Shown: positions 23,511-35,837 of the stretch, in pieces
How positions within the stretch are numbered: the first letter of the stretch is position 1
Layout: the number at the start of each line of letters is the position of its first letter
Source: Proteromonas lacertae
Lineage: Eukaryota
Length of the DNA stretch: 64,000 bases
Direction: 5' to 3'
Assembly (NCBI GenBank): GCA_002245135.1
Contig: NGBS01000895.1
Coordinates: 1-64,000 of the forward strand
Program-made: the position numbers and the translations under genes
The notes under the pieces: model-generated
The model's database searches: none
Told to the model about the DNA's origin: nothing
What the model saw: the letters and a program-made list of their open reading frames with translations, nothing else

Positions 23511-24595
23511 ATGCAAAAGTATAACACTGCATCAAGTTATTATAATATTAACCATTTAAAGGTAAAAACTGAGTATATTCAGGATGGGAAAGTGATTTGT
23601 GCTGATGACACAACATTCATTTTAATGAGAGATTGCTTCATGAGAATATATAGTGAGATGAAAAGAATAATTCAGATTGGTAGTAATTCTAAAATTTAGA
23701 AGTGCTTTTTGGTATGTGGTAATGAAAAGCTTGGTAAGACCTTTTTGAGTTGTTTTCTAGCATATTGTTTCAACATGGATAATATTTCAAGGAATATAAC
23801 ATCATCCTGTTTTATGTTTCAACAAATGAACATACATGTTACTATTTTCGAGAAGCTTATGGAGTAAGATTTGAAGAAACAGAAAAGTTACCCAGTACGA
23901 AAAGAAAAACAATAATAATCAGTGACAATTTTCAAATCAGAGAAGATGAATTTAGCAATGATGAAGTAGTGATAATGATAAGCTCTCTAGACTCAAGCAA
24001 ATATAAAATTATGAGTAATAAAAGAGCAGCTATACAGTTTTATATAACCCAATTCAGCGAGAAAGAAATAAAAATCTACAATGAGATTACTCGATCTAGT
24101 TTACCATCATTTCAATATGCTAATGCAAGATTTGATAAAAATGATGGATTGCCTGTATTTATTCCACAAAAATATAACGAAAAATGTTTTATTTATGATA
24201 TAGATAAAGTTAATGCCATTCCTGATCGATTGAAGTTTTTGTCAGATGAAATAGCCAAACATATTTTATATAATCATTTTAATAACAAAGAGTATTATGA
24301 AGAATTATATAATGTAATTATGAATGGAAGAAATGATAATGTTTTTGAAAGAATGATTCATATTATTTTTGCTAATTGCAGAATGGATAATGAGTTGATA
24401 TTCATTCCTGAAAATAAGTGTTACATACATAACAAAATAGATTTTGATCATATAAGTGATAGCAAAAAGGATGAAATATATATTGATTTTAGCGAAAACT
24501 CAAAATTTCCAGCTATTAGTGGCTGTATAATTAATAGATTTAATGTTACTCCTATTCAAATGACTATAGATAAAGATCATCCAACAGTCAATTAA
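23511..24595 (+). pseudogene. Crinkler/RHS-type P-loop NTPase plus restriction-endonuclease-like module, disrupted
   Basis: FLVCGNEKLGKTFL (~23707-23748), TIIISDN, IMISSLD, C-terminal SKFPAISG...PIQMTIDKDHP; in-frame TAG at 23697-23699 and a frameshift near 23790. Confidence 0.5.
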
Positions 24596-24742
24596 AAGAA
24601 AAATATATTTTATTGATGGATGAAAGAAAGAGAATATTATGTGAAAGCTATGTATATTTAATATTGTTATTACTATTATAGTTTTTGATAAATGAAATTA
24701 CCTGTAGAAAATACATTCAGTCAGATTTGATAAACATTTATG

Positions 24743-26295
24743 AAATGAATTAAATGAATGGATTAAAGAAAAGAATGAGTATTACACAAAATATAGTATT
24801 GGAAAGAACATCAAAAATCTCAATAGCATATCCAATTTTGAGGAGTTTAACAAAACTGTAAAAACAGCATATATAGAAATTGTAAATGAAGATGAAGAAA
24901 ATATAGACTTGGGAGAAAAAATAATATATTCTGTTGAGAGGTAATCCAGGATGTGGTAAAACATCCTTTATAATATATTTGTTACATAATATTATTGATT
25001 TAAATGATAAATTGGAAAAAGAAATGAATAAATTGAATGAAGTGTTAAAATTTCCAATTCAAACATTGGTATTTAAAAAAGGAAGAGATGTAAAGTGTAA
25101 TAGATATGCCTTGAACAACAAAAGAGTATATGAAAAATATGGTGATACATATTGTGATTTAGCCATATCTGATTCATATAATCTTGAAAAGGGAGATATT
25201 GATGCTGAAATTTCATTATATATAACTTCACCTGATTATCAGAATTATGATAATTTTTATTATACTGATGGTAAAAAAGTATTCTATTATATGGACGTTT
25301 TTAGTGAAAAAGAAATTGAGGAATGGGAAAGATATTGTTCACCAGACGATTTAAAAGAAATAGCAAAATGTAATAATAGTAGATATGGAAATGTTCCAAG
25401 ACATATCTATTATACAGCAATATATGATGTATGTTATAAAAAGGATTATTGGGATGAAATATACACAGTTGGTATTAAAAGAATAATTGGTGATGTTGGT
25501 TATATTGAATTTCTAATTACTTATTTATATCTTAATGAACCCAACAAAAATAAAGAAGAAGAAGAGATAAAGATATCTGAAAAAAGGACAGTATTATTTG
25601 ATAGTACATTAAGTCATTTTTTAGTGAAATATTCTATTCCCTTCAAAGTAGAAGATGAATCAACCAAATGTTATGATAAAATTAATGAATATGAACTGGA
25701 ATTCATATCAGATGAAGTATTCGATTATATTTATGATTGTATAAGACACAAAGCTGATGAAAATGACGTAAAAACAATACAACAACTGTTAAAAGATGTA
25801 TCTTATGAACAAGATCATCAATTGTTTATATTATTATTTCATGAATTAGTATGGTACAACTGTTTGTATCATACAGATATGTTAGAAGGAAGTTTAGGTG
25901 TTAAATTAGAAAGAATAAAAGATGATGAATTTGAAGAATTTAAAGAATTATTTGATGGAAATATATATTCTACTAAAAAGGAAGAAGATGAGGTTTCAAA
26001 AGAAAATGAAGGAGAATTATATTTACTTCATTTAGCTACTCTAAAGAACAAAGAAATGATTTACTTATTATATAATTGTTTTATTCACATAATAAATGAA
26101 AATGAAAATGTAGAAGATCGTTATGACTTAATTAAAAAGTGTATAATATATTTGAGAATAATAATGAAATGGTCTGACTTCTATTTCATTTCTTTTTCTC
26201 CAAAAGGAGCCAGTATCGCACCAGCAGAAAATCATATATCATCATCGCACTTAATAGGAATAAAGAATCCTCAAAATAAAAAAAAGGAAAAATAA
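24743..26295 (+). CDS. Crinkler/RHS-type P-loop NTPase protein (5' part frameshifted at ~24921; may be the second module of the preceding gene)
   Basis: YILLRGNPGCGKTSFIIYLL, LAISDS, LYITSPD..NY, YYMDVFSEKEI, YGNVPRHI, LEFISD: motif order typical of CR-NTPase domains. Confidence 0.6.
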
Positions 26296-26554
26296 CAATA
26301 CAAGAAGTATTTTTACCAACAAAACATAGCAAAATAACAAAAATCTTTATAGATGAAACAGAAATACCATTATCTAGTTATATAAGTTTTCATTTAAGTA
26401 AATGTCAATTAAAGTACAAAAATGAATGTAAATTGTTTAAACTAATGAATCTATTATGAAAATGAACTAAAGAAGAACAAATATATGTTTTGAAAGATTT
26501 GATTTTTTATACATAATTGTGTTAAAAATAACAAAATATTAGAAATGAAGCTAT

Positions 26555-28675
26555 TTATTCTTGATAAGAAACTGATAATAGTTCAATTGAAGTGTTTTGA
26601 ACATATAACTCAGCATATGTATATAATGGAGAAGGTAAATCTTTAACAAGTAAAACAGGAGATGAATTATTATGACTAATCAAAAATTCTCTTTTATTCA
26701 TATCAACAATCACTTCATAAATTGAACCATCTCCATGATTATTGAAATGAGGATTTGAAGTAACAACTCTTCCAATATAACAATCATCAGTAATATCGTG
26801 ACTTTTACCATTCCATGCAACATAATTACATGTTGTTGATTGTTCATCAATATCATAACCAGAATATGTATTATTAGTTGATAATCCTAACATCATACTA
26901 TCACCTTCACTTCTATTTTGATGAAATTGATATTTGATATGATAAACTCCATTTTCCATTTTCAAATTCAAATAACAATGATTATAAAAACCATTTGTAT
27001 TTGTTATTAATTTTCCATTATTTGATATTGATATTCCATCACATTTGTTTAATTCTGTGAATTTAATCTGAAATTCTAATGATATTATCAATTTCTTTTC
27101 ACTAATAATGTTCTTACAACTTATTTCATATTCTCTCTTTTTGATTTCTTTATTCACTTTTCCATGAATTATTCCATTTTCTTTATCTATCATTATTCCA
27201 TCTGGCAATGAAGGATTGACTGAAAATTCACATCGATTTCCATCAAATGAAGGAATTATTGACATTTCTTCATTAATAGCACATGAATATTCTGATTGAA
27301 GATATGAAAATGATGTGATTTCTTTTGTTTTTAATTCTTTCAATAATTCTTTATCTTTCATTATTTCTATCATTTCTTCTTCTTCTTCGAAACTCAATTT
27401 ATTCTCTTTTATATATTCTATTAATAATTCTTTCGATTTGGAGTTTAAATAATTATCTTCATTCAATATTCTAAAAAGAATTTCTTTTCCACATACTTCT
27501 TCTATTATTAAAACACTCTTTTTAATCTCAATGAATAAACATAAACATTTCATTGTTCGATTTCTTTTATTCTCATTATATTCTATACATAATCTATCAA
27601 ACATAGTTCTCTTTTCGATATTTGAGATATATTCTATTTAAATATATTTTTAGTATTTATACTTTCCATTTTCATATTTTTATATTTCATTATCATCAAT
27701 ACTATTTCTGTAATTTTTATATTATTCATTTCTAATATACACATTATTTCATCATTCAATTCTTCTTCTTTCATTTTATCCAATATTCTTCTTTCTTCTT
27801 CATTAAAGTCTTCTTCTTTATTATCTTCATTGTATTTGTTGATTATCACATTTTGAATTCTATCATCTTTTATTAAACATAATTCTAAATGATTTTTACA
27901 TTCATTTTTCTTTAATTCTATTTTCATTTCTTTCAACATTTCTTTATTCTCTTTTTCTATCTCATTCTCTTTTATCTTTTCTACATCAATATCTTCTTCT
28001 ATCAATTGTTTAAAATCTGCTTTAATCTCTTTATTATCTTTCTTATTCTTTTGGAATTTATACCATTCTAATAAGCGATTTAATAACCAACTCTCACTTC
28101 GAATTATCACATCTCTCATATTTAATATCTCGATCAAATTATTCATTTCTAATCTCAACAAATATTCATTCTTATATAAATATTTATATCCTCGCTTTTC
28201 TATTTCCATATTTTTCAAGTCTTCTATCTCTCTCAAACATCCACCAAATACATTACAGATATGAATTAATTTCATTAATACTTCATCATCTATATTATTC
28301 TTCACAAATTCATAACAATCATTTATTATCTCTTTTTCACAATAACATAAACAAAACATCAACACTTCACATACACTCTCTTTATTGATTATCAATTCAC
28401 CACCACTGTAGTATTTCTCCATCTCATAATAGCCAATTTCTTCGATTTCTTCATATAACTCCAAAACTCCAACAAACTCACGATCTAATAACAGTTTCTT
28501 TACAATTTCATTTCCATTCACTAAAATTGACTTGATTGACATTATTCGACTATCTCTAATCTTCACTTCTATATCACCAAAACCACTTTCTACCAATTTT
28601 CGACATAATCTATCATAAAAATAAATATAAAAAATACCCCTCTTCTCTTATGCTTTTATTCACTTTTATTATCAT
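26555..28675 (-). CDS. BTB/POZ - Ig-like (He_PIG) - SPRY/B30.2-like protein, copy 2 (intact), 3 exons
   Basis: ATG 28675 (MIIKVNKSIREEG|LCRKLVESGFGD); ORFs 27634-28596 and 26555-27604 are joined by a 29-nt intron; same motifs as copy 1. Confidence 0.8.
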
Positions 28676-28741
28676 CTTTATGTAAATATATAACAAAAAT
28701 AACGAAATTCGATTTTTATCAAAATTTTGAATAACCCAAAA
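26560..28741 (-). repeat. Right arm of the ~2.2 kb inverted duplication
   Basis: Reverse complement of ~16205-18390 with scattered differences concentrated in the SPRY-coding end. Confidence 0.95.
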
Positions 28742-29016
28742 ATTAAAAAGATGAAAAAGATCTTAAATACCTTTATTACAAATTAAATTAGTGTATAAAT
28801 CTAAATAGTAAGCTCTATTAAGATGAAATATTAGAAGAATATTCATATGAAGTTAATTTGTTTGAAACAAGTGATTTAGAATGTGTGAACGAAGTACAAT
28901 CTATTTTAACTTTAGATTTATCAAGTATTTTGGTTTATATCACTTTTACAAAAACAAAATAGAAGAAGGATTAATAACATATATTTATGTGTGTGTCTAA
29001 CATATAAAAATTAAAT

Positions 29017-30279
29017 TTACCACCCATGATTCTGGTTATTATTATTATTATCCTGGTTATTCTCAAAGAATAAGAAATCAATAAAGAAGACTGTTCCTAA
29101 TAGTAACATTCTTTCATTCAGATCACTTTTACTTGGAAAATCAATTGAAAACGTATCAGCATCAGTAAAACATTCTTTAAAGCAACCACTCCATAATTTC
29201 AAAATTTGACCATTCACTCCACCACTATTTCGAGTACTTTCAATATTAAATTCAATTTTATCAAATGGAGCACATGGACAAGTACAACATTTTCCTAATT
29301 GACAACATGGACCAATTATATAGTCAATTATCTCACCTTTACTATCATATACAGTAAATTTATCACCACATATCTGACAATCACTGTGAACTGTACCTAA
29401 TAACTGTCCTGCTCCATCTTCTATAGTAATTTCAGGTAAACAGCAAATACAATCATTCATTCCAAATGTTTTTCGAATTGTCATTATTTTTGATTGTGTT
29501 GCACAGTTAAATATATCAATTGTAGTAGGAAAAGTAGGTCCCATTTGTCTAATACAGCAATTATTCTCTTCAAATGCTTGATATATAGGATTTGCACATT
29601 TCGGTACTTCACCATTAGCGTCTGGAATATATACTTTATATTTATTCGCTTGATCATAACCAACTAACACATCTGCCCACTCAATACTTTGCTTCACTAC
29701 TAATTTTGGTACTTTCATTAATACATCGAATGGATCAAACATATTTATTGGTTGATTGACCATTAATGGAGTTGGAGCAGTAGCACGAGGAACTGGAGCA
29801 CCATTTGGACCAATAGCGTTTTGCTGTGGTTGTATTTGAACTGGTTGCATCATTCCAGGTTGTAATTGTCCTGGTTGCATAACACCAGGCGGCATTTGAC
29901 TTTGTGGTTGAACATAGACGATTTGAGCTCCAGGAGGTAAAGCAGCACCTGGTGGCAATTGTATAATTTGTGCATTTGGAGGTACTTGTGATTGTGGTAT
30001 AGGCTGAGCATACTGAGGCTGAGATCCTGTAATTTGAGCTTGTGGAGTTGGATAGGATGTTTGTGGCTGTGTAAATTGTGCTTGAGGAACAGGATATTCT
30101 GTAGATGGAATTGTATATTGTGGTTGAGGTGTAGGATATTGAGATGCTGTATTTTGAACATCAGGATTGTATGAATTACCATAAGCAGGAGGACCTGGTA
30201 ACATTTGATTATTTTGGTTCATGGTAGGATCTTGATAAGTAGTATTTGGTGTAGGTGGATAATTATTGTTATAACTCAT
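29017..30279 (-). CDS. Phospholipid scramblase with a Pro/Gln-rich N-terminus
   Basis: VKQSIEWADVLVGYDQANKYKV, AFEENNCCIRQ, GQILKLWSG..KECFTDADTFSIDFP, LLLGTVFFIDFLFFE. Confidence 0.93.
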   Translation of the reverse strand: MSYNNNYPPTPNTTYQDPTMNQNNQMLPGPPAYGNSYNPDVQNTASQYPTPQPQYTIPSTEYPVPQAQFTQPQTSYPTPQAQITGSQPQYAQPIPQSQVPPNAQIIQLPPGAALPPGAQIVYVQPQSQMPPGVMQPGQLQPGMMQPVQIQPQQNAIGPNGAPVPRATAPTPLMVNQPINMFDPFDVLMKVPKLVVKQSIEWADVLVGYDQANKYKVYIPDANGEVPKCANPIYQAFEENNCCIRQMGPTFPTTIDIFNCATQSKIMTIRKTFGMNDCICCLPEITIEDGAGQLLGTVHSDCQICGDKFTVYDSKGEIIDYIIGPCCQLGKCCTCPCAPFDKIEFNIESTRNSGGVNGQILKLWSGCFKECFTDADTFSIDFPSKSDLNERMLLLGTVFFIDFLFFENNQDNNNNNQNHGW

Positions 30280-30630
30280 GATGTAAATGGAGAGAATATT
30301 ATTTAGTTAGAGTTTTACCAAAAACAAAATAATAACAAACACCTAAACAAAAACAAAACAGTAAATTGACAATTTCTGTAATATTTGTGGTAATAATTAC
30401 ATGTATTTGACAAAAATAAACACAAATGTAAATAAAAGATTAAAAATAGGTTTGCGCTAGCCTACACTTATGTTTTGTTTCTTTTGTGTTTATTTCATAT
30501 TCAATTATTTACTATAACAAGTGAGTTTTGTTATTATCACTCTATTTGCATATTAAAGTTGTTATTCATATAATTCAAAACCCTTTACAACAACAATAGA
30601 TATATCAGAAAAAAAACTAGTTATCTACCA

Positions 30631-33031
30631 TTAAAAAAACGACGCTGTAGTTATTCTATCTTTTCTCTTTTTACTTTCCAAAGACGCCAAAAATGCACTT
30701 TTCTTTGACTTACTAACATCAATTTTACTATTTGTACTTTTGAAAAATGCATTACTATTATTACCAACTGTATTAATACCATTATTATTATTATTATTAT
30801 TCAAATTCTTTAACAAATTCGTATTATTTTGTTTCTTTTTCAAACAAACTGAATAAACTGGATTATCTGAATGAACACTATAATCAACCATATTATTTAA
30901 TAGAAACTCAATATCATTGATATTATTACGATTTGGTAAAGGAACTCGAACATTAAATGGAGTATTTGTTCCTAAATTAATTACTTTACTATCATTCAAT
31001 AATATAATTTCATTCTCTTTTTCTTTGAATATTTTATTTCCATTTAAACAGAAATAGTTTTCACATTCTTTGTTATTACATCCATTCATTAATTGGTTCT
31101 TATATTCATTGTATAAATATCCTTCTAAATCTTCTTCATCATCATAATTGGGATAAATAATATTCTTATAACATTCACTACATAAACCTTTATCTTTAGC
31201 TACTCCACTTTTTGATTTATAATTTCGACATGGTAAATTGGAGCAATAAATTGAATTTAATCTCTTTATTGTTTCTGGTTTCATTTTAATAAATCCATTT
31301 GTTGATGTTATTTTATTGTTATTGTTATTCTTTATCTTATCATTTCCACAATAACTACAACTCATATTCAAATCACTATTGATTGCTGAACAATAATTAC
31401 ATTTCCATTCATTTATTATCGTATTATTACTAATTGTACTAAAATCACTTCCACTTTTATTCACATCTTCTTTATGAAATATTTCTATATGATATTTTAT
31501 TTCTTTCAATCTTATTTTTTCATTACAATAATTACATATTATCGTTTTACTTCCACAGTAAGCTTCATGTTGAGTAAAACCATTCATTCTGTCACTATAA
31601 TTATCAGGAGCATCTCCAGCTTCATGAATTAATCCACAAAATTGACATTGTTTTATTCTTTTAGTACAATATTCACTTCTATGTTTGTTTATATCATTTA
31701 AAAATATTTCTTCACCACAAAAACATCTGAATGGTAAGTGATATAATTTGTGGTGAATTTCTATTGGTTGATTATTCTTTATTAACATTAAACAATCTTC
31801 TATTGGACAATGAATATGATTGGATAATTCAGTTTTCTTAATTAATTCTCCACAAATTTTACATTTTGTATTCAGTCTTTCACATTTTATTGTATGTAAA
31901 TCGTAAGTATGGGGTGGTATATAATGATTACAGTTGTTACACATTTTATATCCTTTTTCTATCATTTCTTCATTCTCTTTTTCATCATTTGTATGTGCAT
32001 TTGTATTTGTCTCAATTTCCATCATTTCTACATGTTCTTTACATGTTATTTCAAACTTACAATCTGTTAGAAATCCCCAAATACTGACAAATAATGAATT
32101 CAGATCTCTATATACATTTAAATCTATTGTTATAATATTAGATTCAATTGTATTGTGTAGATTGTTAAATAAAGATGGTTGTTGATCTAATTGATTTGTA
32201 TTGCTAATAAACATTATTCCATTACCTTCAATATTCTATTATAAATATATATATATACACTTATATAAATAATTATACATTATATGAAATATCGATTATT
32301 TTATTTCTATTCTCTTTATTAATCTCAATATTATAATAAATATATTCATCTTGTTTCACTTCATTTTCTATTCTTTTATTTATTGCAATTGTATGAGAAT
32401 TATCTTCCATTCTTTTTATTTGAGTGTAATGTAAATCTAATTCTAAATCAACATCGATAATTATTACACTTTCACTTGGTTTTGTGTCTGTAATGAATAA
32501 ATCGAAATTTTGATTATTGTATCTATTAATAAGTAATACAAATGTATTTTATACTGTAATATTATTTGTTCATTCTTGTCTAAGGTAGTGAAATTTGATC
32601 TGAAGTTTTGTTGGATGGCAGTTTGTAACTCATTTTGAGATAATTCAGAAGTGGTTGTACAGTCGATAGATACATGGGTAGCTTTTGGTAATTCACAATA
32701 TTTTACTGAAATTATCTCATCCTCTTCTACACATAAATTTAACATTACCTAGACAGAATTATATTGACACTTAATACATGTGGACTTAACAGTATTTGAT
32801 TGCTGTTGGCTGTAAACTCTAACACACCACAGTGAATAGTTTTATCTTTATATTTTAATTGAAATGTTAGAGGATAGGAGAATGTATCAGATTCACTGTA
32901 TTTTTCAAGCATTTCCTAAATGAATAAAAAAATACTCATACAGAGGGTAATATTACCTTATTGCCTAATATTTCTTTACTCACTGGAACTTTTTGAACTA
33001 TTAGTTCATAAATATCTATTGAAGAAGACAT
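30631..33031 (-). CDS. UFD1-domain protein with TRAF-type zinc fingers, RanBP2-type finger and AZUL-like zinc domain, multi-exon
   Basis: N-terminal LGNKVILPS, YPLTFQL, HCGV.EF and LPKATHV..NFTTL (UFD1); repeated CxxC..H..C fingers; WKCNYCSAIN..CSYC; YKNQLMNGCNNKECENYFC. Confidence 0.8.
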
Positions 33032-33310
33032 TTGGGATTAAAAAAACAATTCAGTAAAAAAGCTTATGTAATTACATCAGTTTACATTGTTTGAGCACAT
33101 CAAGCTATTAATTATTTTTTTAATTTTTCATGTTTTATGTATTTAATTAACTACTATGATATATAACAGTGTTGCAAAAACATGTATTTCGAACAACAGA
33201 TTGTAATGAAACATATAAATTATTAGATTCAGATTAAAATATCTTCAGAGATACAAATAATTTAAATGATTAATGGCTTTGTTATTAATAATGTAACCGG
33301 ATTAATTACA

Positions 33311-33338
33311 GCATATAGTGTTTATAAACACTATATGC
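33311..33338. repeat. Perfect 28-bp palindrome GCATATAGTGTTTATAAACACTATATGC
   Basis: The two 14-nt halves are exact reverse complements with no loop. Confidence 0.95.
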
Positions 33339-33504
33339 AATTATTCAATCTCTTTAACCACATTCAAATTAGGTATGGAAATATTCACATTCGTATATGT
33401 ACAGTTAGATGTAGAGGTGGTATAAATTCTCAAGAGCAGTTATAGTAATTGCTTCAATTGCTGGTAATAGTATTAGAATGTTTTAATACAATAAGGTAAA
33501 AGAG

Positions 33505-34527
33505 TTAATCATAAAAACTATTAAATTCATTTTTTACATTAAATACTTTTCCTTTTTTAATTTCATAACTCAAATTATATTTGGATAATAACAAACCAGA
33601 TTTTAAAGAAGCTGTCAAACCGTAACTGCTTCTTGAAATTATAAGAAATTTTGATTTTGACAAAATTTCATGTTCAATAATAATTGATGATTCTTTTAAA
33701 TTATAAGCAAAGTGTATAGATATGTTCTTGGAAAATAAAATGACTTGTTTATATGTTTTGCTTATATTCAGTTTTAATCTCAGTGAATCTCCTGTTAAAA
33801 ACCATTTCTTATATTTCTTATTTCTTCTTGCCAAATCTATCATCATTTTTATATCATATAAACTTGAAAATTGTCTTTCATGTAAATCATCATTTCCTAC
33901 TCTCATTTGCACTCCAATATAATCTACTAACCTATACTTTGATAAAAACAGATTAACATTTTTTGTTATATGTTTATTAACGATTAACAATTTGTTGAAT
34001 ATATAGTAATATAGTGTGTAAATTCTTTTCATCTTATCCAACTTCTTATTAATTGAAAGATATTTCCATAATCCATTTGAAAATTCAGTTCTGTTTATCA
34101 TTTCTACTAATAAATCACACCATATATATGTAAATGATATATTCTTCAATTTTTTGATTTTTATTAACATATCAATAGTAAAAGGGCATATCGTGATTAA
34201 ACTACTACTACCATTGTATGACTTTGATGTTATATTATAATTTGGCATATGATAAAATAAATCAAATTCATCCCAATTTATAACTAGCATATTATATTAT
34301 TCTTTCATAATACATATTGGTTTAGATTCATAAAAAGTTGATAAAATAATAATGCCTGCAAATGCCATTAACCTATTTCCAAGTCCTCCTGCAACATTCA
34401 CACTTATACAATTAATTGCATTATTATACATTTTGATTAAAGCTTCTACACCAATATTAATCTTCAATATTATTAAACAAAGAAAAATAACAAGCGAAAA
34501 ACAAAGAATTAATACTTTTATCCACAT
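33505..34527 (-). CDS. Alpha-fucosyltransferase-like (GT11/NodZ-like GT-B) type II membrane protein, copy A, one 30-nt intron
   Basis: N-terminal TM, GGLGNRL motif, IGVQMRVG, FLTGDS, ISRSSYG. Confidence 0.75.
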
Positions 34528-34815
34528 ATATTTTTGTATTTTACCATATAATTTACTTAATTAAAATTATATAAAACTCTTATCAATAAGAAAAACAGTT
34601 ATTTTCTTTGTTCAATATATTTCTAGTAATTAAATGCATATTATTGATGAAAGATAGGGAATAGTTAAGATATCATTAGAATTTGCTATGAACGGTTTTA
34701 TTCTAGATAAAGGATTAATGAATATAATTGAATATATCTTTCATTTTTAATATAATGTGGTATAATAAAAAAAATGTAACTTAAGTAAGAAAAACCTTTC
34801 ACTTTTTATACTGTA

Positions 34816-35703
34816 ATGAAATACATATTTTTATCAATAATATTACTTATTATTGTCTGTTTTATTATTAAACATAAATATTTACCAAAATATCATCAGT
34901 ATTTGTTTGTTACATCATATTTTCAAATTGTAAATTATGGCAAACATAGTCTTCAACATTATAAGAAATGGATTAATCATTTCTTCAGTTATATAAACAA
35001 GTCGTTAGTTATATTCACTGATAACAACAGATCTTCTAAATCTTTTGTTCCTTCTTTTGTGAAAGCATATATGTATGAGTATGACTCAATATGGGAAGTT
35101 TCATGTATAAAAAAGTATAAAGATAATTATAGAAGGCAACATCAAATCGATAGAGAGAAAAATCTTCATAATCCAGATATTTATGCAATATGGAATTCAA
35201 AAATATGCTTTTTAGATATAGCAGCAAATGATATACCAAGTAAATTATATATATGGATAGATATAGGAACATTCAGAGATCCAACCACTTTTTATTCTCT
35301 CCCATCATCAAATGCTATAAACATGTTTATTAATTTCAATTCAATGTTCTTTTTTACAGTCTATAATCAAACCTATAAACTAAAAAATGAAACAGAGTTA
35401 GTAGATCTAGTTTTTATACAAGGAACAAGTTTTGGAGGTAACAAACAATCAATTCATCAATATTATAACGAATTTTGGAAATTATATGACTATTATTTGA
35501 ACATAAATAAATTTGTTGGGAAAGATCAGAATTTATTTAATACATTGGCATTTTACAAATCAAATTTAAATATAACATTAATAAAAGTCCATGATTTAAG
35601 CATGTGTATGGGAAATGAATGGTGGAAGTATCAATGCTTTTATGCTGGAATGAATTTAGAGTTGTTAAAGAAAATAAATATAAATGAATATATCATAAAA
35701 TAA
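34816..35703 (+). CDS. HtrL/YibB-like (WlaTC/HtrL) glycosyltransferase, type II membrane
   Basis: N-terminal TM; FVTSYF, LVIFTD, YAIWNSK..FL, YIWIDIG, FGG, FVGKDQNLFN. Confidence 0.7.
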   Translation: MKYIFLSIILLIIVCFIIKHKYLPKYHQYLFVTSYFQIVNYGKHSLQHYKKWINHFFSYINKSLVIFTDNNRSSKSFVPSFVKAYMYEYDSIWEVSCIKKYKDNYRRQHQIDREKNLHNPDIYAIWNSKICFLDIAANDIPSKLYIWIDIGTFRDPTTFYSLPSSNAINMFINFNSMFFFTVYNQTYKLKNETELVDLVFIQGTSFGGNKQSIHQYYNEFWKLYDYYLNINKFVGKDQNLFNTLAFYKSNLNITLIKVHDLSMCMGNEWWKYQCFYAGMNLELLKKININEYIIK

Positions 35704-35837
35704 CTTCCCAATACTCACATACTTTTTTATTATGGTTTTATAGCTTATGATGCTAATATAATAATGATATACACTTAATAACTATCATTTGTTATAAGTA
35801 TAACAATCATTTGTGTAGAAGGTTGGTATTTTGAGTG

